DNA of 64,000 nucleotides from the human T2T-CHM13v2.0 reference genome, Homo sapiens: NCBI GenBank assembly GCA_009914755.4, contig CP086569.2, positions 20,768,001 to 20,832,000 of the forward strand, read 5' to 3'. Shown piece by piece: positions 45,881 to 57,369 of this stretch (position 1 is its first letter; each line of letters starts with the position of its first letter). The notes under the pieces were generated by a model. It saw only the letters and a program-made list of their open reading frames with translations, ran no database searches and was not told where the DNA came from. The position numbers and the translations under genes were made by a program.

Positions 45881-46570
45881 TGTTTCTATTCCTTCATGGT
45901 TCAACATTGGTAAAGTGTGTATTTCTTGAAACTTATGTATTTCTTCTAGATTTTTCCACTAAATGGCATATAGTTAGTATGAATCAATTTTTTTTGAATT
46001 TCTGTAGTATCAACCTTAACATCTTTTTTTACTATGATATTTTTTCTGGCTTTTGCTTAGTTCACTTAAAGTTTTGCCAATTTTAATTTTCTTTTCAGAA
46101 ACCAAGTTTTTATTTCATTTGTCATTTGCATTTTTTACTTTCATTAATTTATCTTCTGATTATTACCATTTAATTTTTTATCCAAATTTTTGTTTAATTT
46201 GCTTTTTATTTTTTAGTTATTTTAGACGTATTTTTAAGCTATTTCTTTGAAGACTTTCCACTTTTAAAATTTAGAAGTTTGTTGCTATAAACTTTTCTCT
46301 TACTACTGCTTTCACTGTATTCCCATTAGTTTTGATATGTTGTATTTTAATTTTCATTGGTCTTAAACAATTTTTAAACTTTCTTAAAGATCCAATTGTC
46401 ATTCAGAAGCAAGTTTTGAAATTTCCGTTTGTTTTTGTAATTTGCAAAGTTTTTCTTGTTTATAATTTTTAGTTTTCATTGTGATTAGAAAAGATGGTTG
46501 ATATAATTTTAGTGATTTTTAAATTTTTGGACTTGCTTCATGTAATGACCTATAATTTCTTTTTAAAAGA
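45880..46570 (-). mobile_element. L1 3' fragment on the - strand (old)
   Basis: AT-rich reverse-complement L1 ORF2 C-terminal-like sequence. This is a weak call. Confidence 0.45.
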
Positions 46571-47880
46571 ATTGCTGAAGAGGTATATTAGCTCATTCTC
46601 ATGTTGCTATAAGAAGTATCTTAGACTGAAAAATTTATAAAGAGGTGTAATTACACAGTTACACAGGGCATATAGGAGGCATGGCTGGGCAGGTCTCAGG
46701 TAACTTACAAACATGACTGAAGGTAAAAAGCAAACAGGTACAATGTTCACAAGGCAAAGCAGGAGAAAGATAAAGTGAAGTCAAAGGTGCTACACACTTT
46801 CAATCAAGGAGATCGTCTGAGAACTATCATGAGATCAACAAGGGGAAAGTCCACCCCCATGAGCCAGTCACCTCTTCCCAGGTCCCTTTCCCAACACTGG
46901 GGATTAAAATTTGACATCAGATTTTGGTAGGCACATAGAGCCAAATTATATTATTTCAACCTGGCCCTTCTTAAATCTCATGTCCTTCTTACATTTCAAT
47001 ACACATTCATGCCTTCCCAACAGTGCCCCAAAGTCTTAACTCATTTCAGTATTAACCCAAAAGTTCAACTCCAAAGTCTTATCTGAGGCCAAGCAAATCC
47101 CTTCTGTCTATGAGCCTATAAAATAACATAAATAAATAGTTATTTCAAAGATACAATCATGGTACAGGCATTGGGTAAATGCTCCTATTCCAAAAGACAC
47201 AAATTAACCAAAACAAAAAGCTACAGGCCCCTTGCAGTCTGAAAACTGGCAGGACAGACTCTAAATTTTAATGTTCCAGAGTAAACTTCTTTCACTTTAT
47301 GTCTCACATCTGGCTACATTGACACAAGGGGTGGATCTCAAGGTATAGTCACCACTGCTATTTAACAGGCTGGCATTGTGTCCTTACAGTTTTCTCAAGT
47401 TGCATGCTCTCAGTGGAACTTCAATTCGGGGGCCTGGGTGATGATGACCCTTTCTTTATAACTTCACTAGGCAGTGCTCTAGTAAGTCCTCTGTGCGAGG
47501 CATCCAACCCCACATTTCCCCTACAGAATGTGCTAGTAGAGGTCCTCCGTGTGGGCGCTGCCTTGCAGCAGACTTCTGTATGGATATTCAGGCATTTCTT
47601 TACAGTCTCTCAAACCTAGTTGAGGCTCCCAATCTCAACTCTTGCCTTCTGCACACCTGCAGGCCCGACACTATGGGGACACTGTAAAGGTTCTAGGCTT
47701 TCACATGCTGAAGCAAAGGCCCAAACTGTACCATGACCCATTTTATTTATAGCTGGAGCTGCAGCAGAGGGGAAACAGCATCATGTCCCAAGGCTGGACA
47801 GGATTGCAAAGCCTGGGACATGGAAAGTTCTCTGTCATTTCTTTGAATATATTTTTACCCTGATATCTTTCTAGACCTCC
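46570..47880 (-). mobile_element. MaLR element on the - strand, partial: 3' LTR (46570-46950) plus the 3' part of the internal region (46950-47880)
   Basis: The reverse complement of 46570-46950 gives MaLR LTR motifs (...ccccagtgttgggaaagggacctgggaagaggtgactggctcatggggg...). 46950-47880 is co-linear and homologous to 20040-21050, for example ggggcctgggtgatgatgaccctttctttataacttcactaggcagtgctc versus ggggtctgggaatggtggccttcttcttatacttccactatgcagtgctc. Confidence 0.7.
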
Positions 47881-50535
47881 TCTTTAAATCCACTAAATAA
47901 ATTTTTCCATTTTGTAGTTATTTTATAAGTCTTACATATGTACCTGATTTTTTCTTATTTTCTTTTATGGTGTATTTTCATATAGCATGTCTTCAACCTC
48001 ACTAGTATGTTTTCTTTTTCTGCCTACTTAACTCTGCCATTGAGACACTCTGACACAATTCTTACTCAAGATCAATTTTCAGCTCCAGAATTCTTGCTTA
48101 ATTTTTCAATTTAAATCTTTGTTTAATTTTTTGAATAGAGTTCTGAATTCCTTCTCTGTTTCACTGAAATTCATTGAGATTTTTTGTTTTTTTAAACAGC
48201 CATTTGGTTTTATTGTCATAGTGGTCACATATATCCATCCCTTCAGGATTGGTTCCCAGTGTCTTATTTAGCCTATTTGGTGAGATCATATGTTCCTGGA
48301 TGTTGTTGATGCTTATGGAGATTTATTGATGTCTGTACATGAAGGAGTTGGGTATTTTTTCTAATACTTGCAGTCTAATCTTGTCTATATTAATATGTGT
48401 TGAGTGAGATTTTCAAAGAAATGAAAAGAAGAGTGCAAAGATGGCTGACTAGAAGTAGCTAAAGTGCATTGCCCTCACAGAGAAGAGACAGAATGGTAAG
48501 AAAATACTAGCTCTTCAGGACATGTTGGGATTTACTAATGAAGTGATGTAATTCTTGGAGAATAGAGTAGAATAAGAGAGGAGAGCCACCTTCCCAGGAC
48601 TGGTATTGAGCCAAGGGAGGAACTCCACCATGAAAAAATGCTGAGTGGGAGCTTCCAGAAACCTGTATTTCTTCTATTAACCTTTGCAACCCAGGGCACA
48701 AGAGATCACTGCATCATATTCTCCCTCTGGAACCTCCTGACTGACATGGCCTTGGGACACTGAGCATTCAGTGCCAGTGGCTTTAGCTTTGCCAACAAGA
48801 GAGGACATGCTCTCTCATGTGCTCACAGGAGGGGGTCCAAATCTATAGTTCTGAGGAGTGGATGGACTATAGGCTTCATTACCCTTACCCTTTGCCCGGG
48901 AAAGCCCACTGGCCAGGGACTTTTCCATAGCCACCACAGCCCCACCCAAACACTTTGGCCAATAGTACCATTATGCCTTTCTTTGAGTTGGAGCTACCAG
49001 ATGTAAAAGGGAGGCCTAACATTCTTCCTGAAGCTACAGCCTCTATAGCTCTCATGATTTAAAGGAAGTGAAGAGTTCAAGGACTATTATGAGCCTTCAG
49101 CAAAATGCAGCTGCCTTATGGAAAATGGGCTGTATTGTTTCCCATACAGGTCCCTGATCCTACCATTCTTCACTAGGTGGGGCCTTCTAAACTGTGTCCC
49201 AAACACAGTCATCCCACTCTTACCTGAGTTTTCAGGGTAGCAGCATATTTGTGTTCTCCTGGTATAAAGCACCAAGTGGTAACAGGCAGGCTTGCTATTG
49301 TTGCCACTCCATGGCCCCCACTCTTATTGCCCTTTATTCAGGAGAAAGCAAAGAGGTTAGAGACTATCATGGGCCTCCTGCATGGTGCAGCCTGCATTAT
49401 AGAAAAGGAGCCAGACAGTTTCCTATGTGGGTCTATGCTCTTGTAACTTCTTACTGGACAAGACCTTTCAACCTGTACCTCTAGTACAGATACCCTGTCC
49501 CAATTTTATCACTTTAGTTAGTGGTAGCTCTGCATTTCTCTGGAAAAAAAAAATCTCAGAGACAACATGCAGTTCCATTGCCATTACAGCTGCAGTAATA
49601 CTATCCTTATTGCCCTTGGGATGAGGAGAAAACAAGGAATCTGACCACTGTTTAGGCACCTCCAGCGTGTCACAGCTGCCATATAGAGCAAAGCTCAGGC
49701 TCTTTATTCCGTGAGCTTCCACTCATACTCTTCATCAGACAGATCCCCAGGCACTTCCACAGTGTAGCTGTCCCAACCCTGGTTGAATATTCTCACTGGG
49801 AGAAGGTCTGTGTTTATCTAGTGTGGAGCTTCAAGAGGAAACTGGCAGCTCCTCTGCCACTGCCACTGCAGTGGTACTCCCTTGCTACCATAGGCCTGGG
49901 GAAGGAACAGAGACCTTGAGTGTTTTTCATGTACCTCCAGAACACTACAGTTAAAAAAATGAAGTAGAGCCCAGTTTCTCATTTCTGCAAGCCCCCAACC
50001 CCTTCTCTTTCCCAGCCAGGACTCTCAACTTCAGCCCATAGTGCAGCTGCCACAATCCCACCTACATCTCCATGGATAATAGCTCTAATTTCTTTGGGGT
50101 GAAACTCCTGAAAGCAATTAAAGTCCTCTTGACCACTGCAGCAGTCCTGCCCATGCTACCCTTCAAACTGAAATAGAATAAAGATCCTGACCGCTTTGTT
50201 CACACATCAACCAAGCCACAGCAACCCAATGGAGAAGAGGCTAATCTGTCTTCCCTATGAGCCTCCAACCTCCTTGCTAATCACCAGGCAAGACCCCATA
50301 GCTCAGGGCCAAAACACAATCTCCTCCCGAGTTGATCATTTTGATTGGCAGTGTTCTGTGTTTCTCTGGCATGGAGTGACAAAAGACAAGTGAAAATTCC
50401 TCAGCCACTGCTACTATCAAGGTCCATGACCCTATTTCTCTCAAGCTAAAGGGGGAAGAAAAAAGCCTGAGGTCACCTAAAGGCTGTGTTGCACATCCCA
50501 GGAGTGCCAAGCCAAGATCTGCAGTCAGCATGTAA
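47880..50535. mobile_element. L1-derived sequence of mixed orientation, low confidence: a possible L1 ORF1 N-terminal fragment on the - strand (47880-48440) and an old L1 5'UTR-like segment on the + strand (48440-50535)
   Basis: gtgcaaagatggctgactagaagtagctaaagtg at 48440 resembles an L1 5' start. The rest is unresolved without a database. Confidence 0.3.
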
Positions 50536-50901
50536 TATTGTTTGGCTCTGTGTCCCCACCCAAATCTCCCCTTGAATTGTAATAATCCCCATGTGTCAAG
50601 AGTGGGACTAGGTGGATATAATTGAATCTTGGTGTGGTTTTCCCCATACCATTCTCATGAGAGTCAGTGAGTTCTTGCAAGATCTAATGGTTTTATAAGG
50701 AGTTTCCCATTTGCTTGATTCTCTTTCTCCCTCTTGCCTGCCATCATGTAAGATGTGTCTTTACTTCTCCTTGGCCATCTGCCATGATTGTGAGGCCTGC
50801 CAGCCATTTGAAACTGTGAGTCCATTAAAACTCTTTTTCTTTATAAAGTACTCAGTTTCAGGCATATCTTCATTAGCAGGATGATAACAGACTAATACAG
50901 C
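50536..50901 (+). mobile_element. MaLR 5' LTR
   Basis: ttgtttggctctgtgtccccacccaaatctccccttgaattgtaataatccccatgtgtcaagagtgggactaggtgg ... ctgccatgattgtgaggcctgccagccatttgaaactgtgagtccattaaaactc ... cagactaatacag. Confidence 0.8.
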
Positions 50902-51029
50902 ATGTGAGTGGGAGGGAAGCCCTCATTCTCAGATGACCAGGAGGAAACATAACTGTAAATGTGATGAAATACATAGGTGCTTCATGGATGAGAAAGAGCC
51001 TACCTCTCAGTCATTATAATTAAGCACCT

Positions 51030-51800
51030 TCTACTGGATCAGACCCAAAAATCAACACTAAAAATATTTTGTTGACATACCTACTTTGAAAAGAAGGACA
51101 AGTATTCAGCCACAATTAAAGACCTTGCAGAAAGCCTTGGCCCTCTGAAAACACCCAGAAACAAATTCAATAGACTATGCTAAAATTATTCCACAGCTAA
51201 ATAAACTACAGCCCACACAGATGAGAAAGAACCAGTGCCAGAATGCTAGCAACTTTAAATGCTACAGTATCTGTTTTCCTTCAAATGACTGCACATACTC
51301 CGCAGTAGTATTACTTAACCAGAGGGAAATGGCTAAAATGACAAACATAAAATTCAGACTCTGGATGAAAATGAAGATTATTGAGATTTAGGAGAAAATT
51401 TAAACCCATTTCAAAGAAACTTAGGGGAACTAATGGAAATAGAGAGTAGAAAAATGGTTAATGGAGGCTGGGAAGGTTAGCTGTAGGTATCGGGGAGAGG
51501 GTGGATGGTTACTGGGTACAAAAAGTAGGATAAATAAAATATCTGATAGGTCATCAGGGTAATGATAGTCAATAATAATTGAATTGAATACTTACAAATA
51601 ACTAAAACAATGTATCATACTTGGATTATTTGCAACACAGAGGACAAATACTTGAGTTGATGAACACCTCATTTACTTTCATGTAATTATTAAGCACTAT
51701 ATACCTGTACAAAATATTCCATATACCCTATAAACCTATACATCTACCATGTATCCATAAAGATTAACAACTACATGTTTAAAAAGTTATGATTAAGGTT
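51030..51800 (+). mobile_element. Old L1 3'-end fragment inserted in the MaLR internal region
   Basis: Ends with a typical old-L1 3'UTR (gggtggatggttactgggtacaaaaagtaggataaataaaatatctgataggtcatcagggtaatgatagtcaataa...tacatgtttaaaaag). Confidence 0.5.
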
Positions 51801-52215
51801 ATCTGGTCAAAGGAATGTTTAAGCACAAAAGCATGTAAGATGTTGCTTCTATGTGATATTAAGTCTGCAGGCATTCATAATGCAAGAATAAAGGAGGCTT
51901 GGCAACCTCCACCTAGATTTCAGATAATATATGAGAAAGCCTATGTACCCATGTAGAAGTCTGCCACAAGTGGACAGCCCTCACAGAAAACCTGTACTAG
52001 GGTGGTGGAGAGAAGAAATGTAGATTTGGAGGGCTCACACAGAGTTCCTTCCCACTGGGACATTGCCTAATGGAGCTGTGGGAAGGGGACCATTATCTAC
52101 CAGATTTGAGTGGTAGATCTACTGGCAGCTTGTGCTCTCATTTAGAAAAGCCTCAGGTACTCAACTCTGTCAGACCCAGTCAGTGAGACTGTAGCTTGCA
52201 GAGACAGAGTAGAAT

Positions 52216-52933
52216 GTTTAAGCTTCTTGCCTAGCCAGGCCAAAGAACTGGTGTGGCAGCTGACTGCAGTGAGTGACACGGACCAATAGAGACACGGACC
52301 AATAGAGAGAAAGAGCTATAGGCTTTATTGAGCGAGTGAAACTACAAAGCTTCCACAGCATGGAAGGGGTCCTGAATGGGTAGCCACTGTTGGTTTTGGG
52401 TGATTTCCTTTTGAACTCTTTAAGACGGGAAATAAATGCGGCAGGAAGATGTTACCAGAGAGAGAAACAAAGGCAGTAAATTATTTTATGACCTGTCTTA
52501 GATTTTGAAGAAAACTGGAATGGCAACTTAGGTTTTATCTACTTTATGACATTGCACGGCATGTCAAAGGAGACAGGATTTTACAGTACTTTACGAAGTA
52601 TGTTTACAAGGAATTGGAATTGGGAGTAGAGATAATGTCCGCTGGTCAAAGGAAAAACAGGCAATTAACATTTCTTTTACTTTAGTTTTCGGGGAGGGGG
52701 AAGGAAGAGAGGGAGAAAGGACACAGGGAAACTTACAGCAAAATTTTCGCTGTTTATACCTTTCTTGGGGAAAAAAACACATGCTGAAATCCTGGTGTTA
52801 GGAATAGTTTAAGCATATATCCTCAATATTATCCATGCAGGATGGAATTAATTCCTAATGCAGGAAATCAGTGAGTTTCACAGCTTTCCGTGCCTCTACT
52901 CGACCCAGGAAGTCCAGCTGGCACTTCCTCCCA
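52216..52933 (-). mobile_element. 3' LTR of the class I provirus
   Basis: Homologous to 57370-58073. In the genomic + strand it is flanked by MaLR internal sequence on the low side and proviral env-tail sequence on the high side. Confidence 0.75.
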
Positions 52934-52993
52934 GTCGCCCCTCCAAACAGAACACCCCAACTGCTGTTGGGAACTGTGCAGTGGTCGTTCTGG

Positions 52994-53269
52994 TTACTTC
53001 CTGCTGGTTAGGGGTAAAGAAGTAGTTGTGGTGTCCTCCAGAGGGGAACTTTCTAGGCTAGTTGAGGGACCAGTGGGTGGATCCAGGGGTCCTCGGTAGA
53101 ATCTGTGAGTTGAGCTCAATTGAGGTTCCATTTGTAAGACAATTTGTAGCTTGATAGCCTCAATCCTGGAGGAAATAAATTTGACAAGGAGGTTCAAAAT
53201 GCCAGGCCTAAAGGCAAGTGTTGGATGGCTGTTACATGTCCTAGAAAGGGGAGGAGCCAAGGTATCCAT
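52994..53269 (-). pseudogene. env: env TM C-terminal (cytoplasmic tail) remnant
   Basis: The - strand ORF ...FRPGILNLLVKFISSRIEAIKLQIVLQMEPQ... parallels the MLV-type TM tail (...[31 protein letters not shown]). Confidence 0.6.
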
Positions 53270-53650
53270 TGGTTAAACATATTCCAGGGTCCTGAGAGTT
53301 CAAGCTCCTTTTTTCTACTTTCCGTCCATTCTCTTATTTCTTTGACTTTTTAAATAATGAGTTCTGAATGGTTAATGAAATAACAACATGAACTGAGAGT
53401 TAGAGTGCAGGGGAATGCAGAAGAAGGCATCTTTGAGGTCTAGAACAGTGAACCATTCTGCTTTTTCTACTATCTGAGAGAGCAGTGTATAGGGGTTGGG
53501 TACGGCAGGATATAAAGGAATTACTGCTTCATTGATTATTCTGAGGTCTTGCAGTAGTCTCCACTGACCATTTGGTTTTTGTATTCCTTGGCTTGGGGTG
53601 TTGCAAGGACCTCTGCATTTTCTTACTAAGTCTTGAGCTTTTAAATATCT

Positions 53651-53745
53651 AACAATATCCCGTTATCTTTTGTGAGCTTCAGGCCTTAAGGGGTATTGCC
53701 TTTGAGAAGGAAAAGTGGTGGGGTCTTTTAGCCTTATTTGAACTA
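53651..53745. repeat. Direct repeat, copy 1 (about 95 bp), immediately 5' of the Alu. Candidate extra-long target-site duplication
   Basis: aacaatatcccgttatcttttgtgagcttcaggccttaaggggtattgcctttgagaaggaaaagtggtggggtcttttagccttatttgaactag, versus copy 2 at 54031-54126 (aacaatatcctgtaatcctttgtgagcctcaggccttaagggatattgcctttgataaggaaaagtggtggggtcttttagcctgatttgaactgg), with about 7 mismatches. Confidence 0.7.
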
Positions 53746-54030
53746 GGCCAGTGTGGTGGCTCATGCCTGCAATCCCACCACTTTGAGGACTGAGGTGGGC
53801 AGATCATGAGGTCAGGAGATCAAGACCATCTTGGTTAACATGGTGAAACCCCATCTCTATTAAAAATACAAAAAATTAGCCAGGCATGGTGGCAGGCACC
53901 TGCAGTCCCAGCTACTCGGGAGGCTGAGGCAGGAGAATGGTGTTAACCTGGAGCTGGAGGTTGCAGTGAGAGCTGAGATCACACCACTGCACTCCAGCTT
54001 GGGTGACAGAGTCTTAAAAAAAAAAAAAAT
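53746..54030 (+). mobile_element. Alu SINE inserted in the ERV RT coding remnant
   Basis: ggccagtgtggtggctcatgcctgcaatcccaccactttgaggactgaggtgggcagatcatgaggtcaggagatcaagaccatcttggttaacatggtgaaaccccatctctattaaaaatacaaaaaattagccaggcatggtggcaggcacctgcagtcccagctactcgggaggctgaggcaggagaatggtgttaacctggagctggaggttgcagtgagagctgagatcacaccactgcactccagcttgggtgacagagtc, then poly-A. Confidence 0.92.
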
Positions 54031-54126
54031 AACAATATCCTGTAATCCTTTGTGAGCCTCAGGCCTTAAGGGATATTGCCTTTGATAAGGAAAAGTGGTG
54101 GGGTCTTTTAGCCTGATTTGAACTGG
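54031..54126. repeat. Direct repeat, copy 2 (about 96 bp), immediately 3' of the Alu poly-A
   Basis: See copy 1. Both copies encode the same RT peptide (PTTFP(S/Y)QRQYPLRPEAHK...). The RT reading frame is continuous across copy 2 and resumes after copy 1. Confidence 0.7.
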
Positions 54127-54499
54127 ATGAGCATTTTTTGCCCTTCCAAATTGTCCTTCTAAGTCTCAGACTTCAGAGCTGATTCCTTTTTCAAATAGCG
54201 GACAACAAACGGATAATTTGTTCCTCATATTCAGTAGACAATAGCCCCAGCTTTGGTAATATGTCCCTTCTTAATAAGGGTGTGGGACTTTCGGGCATAA
54301 CAAGAAAGGCATGTGAAAAGAGCAAAGTCTCCTAATTGCAGCTGAGGAGGCAAGAGAAATACCTGGTTACAGGCTATCCTAAGATTTCTCGGATAGTAGT
54401 GGACTTTGAGGACAGTCATTCAGGGCAGGAGATTAAAACTGAGAAGGCCATGTCAGTGTCCAGGAGGAAGTCTACTTCCTGGCCCTCAATGGTCAAACT

Positions 54500-57000
54500 T
54501 ACCCGGGGCTCTGTGAGGGTGATGGCATGAGCTGGCATTTGCCCCAGACACCCTCACTCCTGTTGCTGAATCATCTGGTTGGGTGTTTCTGGCCCAGAGG
54601 GGCTTTGTCCTCTAGGGCAGTGCATCTTCCAGTGATTGCCTTGGCATATTGGTCATGGGTGAGGGGGTTATTTGTTTCTGGTTGGACAATCTTTCTTAAA
54701 ATGTCCTTGCAAACTGCATTGAAAACAAGCACTACTATGCAATTGGCCTGCTCCTCTTTTGGTTTCCTCTGTGCCACTAAGGTCTGCTTGTCTGAGGGCC
54801 ATGACTAAGGCTGCAGCCTTTCTCTTATCTCACTTTTCCCTTTTGGCCTGTTCCTCCTGGTCCCTGTTATAGAACACCAAGGTTGCCAGGTTCAATAATG
54901 TCTCCAAATTTTGTAACAGTCTCAAAGCAGACTTTTGGAGTTTTCTCCTAATGTTGACTGCTGATTGGCTGATAAAAGTTATTCTTTAAAATAAGTTGGT
55001 CTTCTAAGGAATCTGGAGTTAGGGAGGTGTGCTTTCTTAGGGCTTCCTTTAGCCTTTCTAGAAAAGTAGAGGGGTTTTCCTCTTTTCCCTGTGTAGTTGT
55101 GGACAGCATTGAGTACTTCATGGGCTTTTTCCTACTTTTCCTCAACCATTCTAAAATGCAAGTTAGCAAATGCCTGTGGCTCCAATCTCCATGATCTGAG
55201 TCAGTATCCCAGTGAGGGTCTGCAGTGGGGACTGCCTGTTGCCTCGTGGGGAATTTTTCCCTCTCCTCCAGGCCAGTTGCCCATTTACGTGGCTAAGGTA
55301 CCACAGATCCCCAAATTGCTGGGCTGCTGTTATAGCTGCTTCTTTTTCAGTAGGACTCAAGATCTGATCAAGAAGCAACGTATCTCTCCATGTTAGATCA
55401 AAGGACTGTTTTAATCCTTTCAGGACATCTGTATAGTTATCAGGATGACCTGAGAATTTCCTTAAATCTGCCTTTATTTGTTTTAAATCTGAGAATGACA
55501 AGGAGACATGTACACAGGTGGGCCCAAATTCCCCTCCTACTGCTTGTAAGGCACATAGTTTGGGTGCCTGACTCACGGCATTTATGTTCTCTCTCCAGTG
55601 TGCCTTTAAAACTTTGGTGGGGCCAGATGGAGGAGAGTCAGTAGGGGTGGAGAGTGGGGCTGAGGGAAGAGGCCCTGAGTATGGAGGTGATTGTGGGCCT
55701 CTGTCATTTGGGCAAAACTTGCAGGCTTGGCACAGGGCAGTATTGCCACAAAAGACAAAGAAAGCCTGTACATAAGGGACTTAACCCCATTTACCTTCCT
55801 GTTTACAGAAAAGATTTAGTTGTAGAAGGGTGTTATAGTTAATACTTCCCTCAGGGGGCCATTTTGTAAGAAATATTGTGTTTTTCATTCTGTAAGAATA
55901 TTGTGGCCAGGCACTGATACAAAAGAAAATCAGCCTCTTCTTTTTTAAGGTTTCAGGTCGAATTTGTCCTAGTTATTTAGGATACATCTTAAGGGAGTGT
56001 CTGTTTTGAAGGTGTGGTGCCCATCTGGAATTGTAAACACAGGCATGCCCACACCTCTGGTTAGTCCTGGGACTCATCTTCCCCTAGGGCATCCCCTAAG
56101 GGTCAGGTCCAATTCTGCTCAAAGCTTATGGCCACTTTTCCTGTGCTCTCCATCTACCAGATTTAACCATGCTTACCGAGCAAGATAGAAAATTCCCTTG
56201 CCCATGCCGTGCACCCATTGACCACTAAATGGGGCACAAGGACTGTTGGATTTATTGTGGTCCTTCTTCCAACACATCCTACCTGTTCCAGGGTGGCAAG
56301 GCCTGGGTCAGGGGCACCACTGCATGCTGAGGCCCAATTTACATGGGCCTGGCCATCAAAACTGTCCTTCAAGGAGAAATCTCTGAATTAGTGACAGGAG
56401 GCTTAGTAAGCTTAAAGGGGGTGGTGGATGTCCTCTAGGCAAGGGCTGAGAGAACAGCTGCTGTACTCTAACCTTCTGTCCCCACTTGCCATCAAAGGAG
56501 TAAGCCCCTCTCTCAAGGCAGTACCAGTATCCTGTGCCCCAACTGACTATATTTTCTTCCTTCCAATAACAAATATTGAATGGTTGAAACAATTCATTGG
56601 CCCTAAGAGCTGTACCCATGCACCACAGATTGCACTTGAGACACCCCAAGGAAGGGAAAAGTCTACCTGGGGAGCAATGGAGGAAATGCCCTAAGGCTTC
56701 TACTATCCACATGAAAATTACAGACATGTCTTTAAATTGTTCTGATGTACACTATGGTGGGGAACTGGCCCTTCAAAATAACCACCAAATGGCAACACTT
56801 GCCTAAACCCTGGAGTGCACCATGAACTTGGATCTTCTGGGCTCCACCCTAAGAATTTAAGTCTTCTAAGTAGGGAAGCTTGCTCCTGACTAGGGGGAAT
56901 AACCTTGCTTGTGAGATGAGGAAAGAAGTCTAACCAGTGGACATTAGGACCCAGGACGCTGGAGTCAGAAGATGTGGCTGTCTCATGCTCAGTAACCCAT
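54500..57000 (-). pseudogene. gag: gag remnant (MA/p12 with a P-rich late-domain-like stretch, CA, NC) of the class I ERV
   Basis: The - strand ORFs 55163-55576 (...SFSDLKQIKADLRKFSGHPDNYTDVLKGLKQSFDLTWRDTLLLDQILSPTEKEAAITAAQQFGDLWYL...) and 54948-55169 (...LEWLRKSRKKPMKYSMLSTTTQGKEENPSTFLERLKEALRKHTSLTPDSLEDQLILK...) are clearly gammaretroviral capsid. 56356-56727 contains HPPPPLSLLSLLS, a proline-rich motif. Confidence 0.8.
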
Positions 57001-57369
57001 GCTGGGGGAGCCACTGGCAGGTCTCAACCAGGATCTCTGGGAGACTAGGATGTCCACTGAGCACTCCTAGGTGTACTTCGGGACCACCACGGAAAGTGAA
57101 AGACTTAGAACTGGGTCCAGGCTAACCAATGCTCCCAACCCTAAAGGGTCAGTGTTGTTAGAGAGCCCTTTTCCAGAGAGCCTGACACCCATGTCTTTAG
57201 TCCAGCAGCCATGCTAATCACTTTTAAGTGGCTGACAGGTGCCTGGTTTAGCTTTTGAATTCTAAGGAAGTACAGGACAGAATAGCAAGTGAAAGAGGTC
57301 TGATTGTACTCACCACATGATGATTTAGATGCCTTTCCTGGAACCTCCTGGCTGGCTCACCAAAATGTA

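Larger units (their letters stand above)
53290..54126 (-). pseudogene. pol: pol RT N-terminal remnant (fingers/palm start), split by the Alu at 53746-54030. The rest of pol and most of env are deleted
   Basis: The reverse-complement translation gives ...PVQIRLKDPTTFPYQRQYPLRPEAHKG...[86 protein letters not shown]. This matches MLV RT ([105 protein letters not shown]). Confidence 0.8.

Noticed and set aside
53651-54126. 95-bp direct repeats flanking the Alu, read as an ordinary local tandem duplication unrelated to the Alu
   Set aside because: This reading is not fully rejected, but the copies abut the Alu exactly at its first base and after its poly-A. A pre-existing tandem duplication would have to be hit precisely at its junction. 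I keep the long target-site duplication as the preferred interpretation and flag the alternative.
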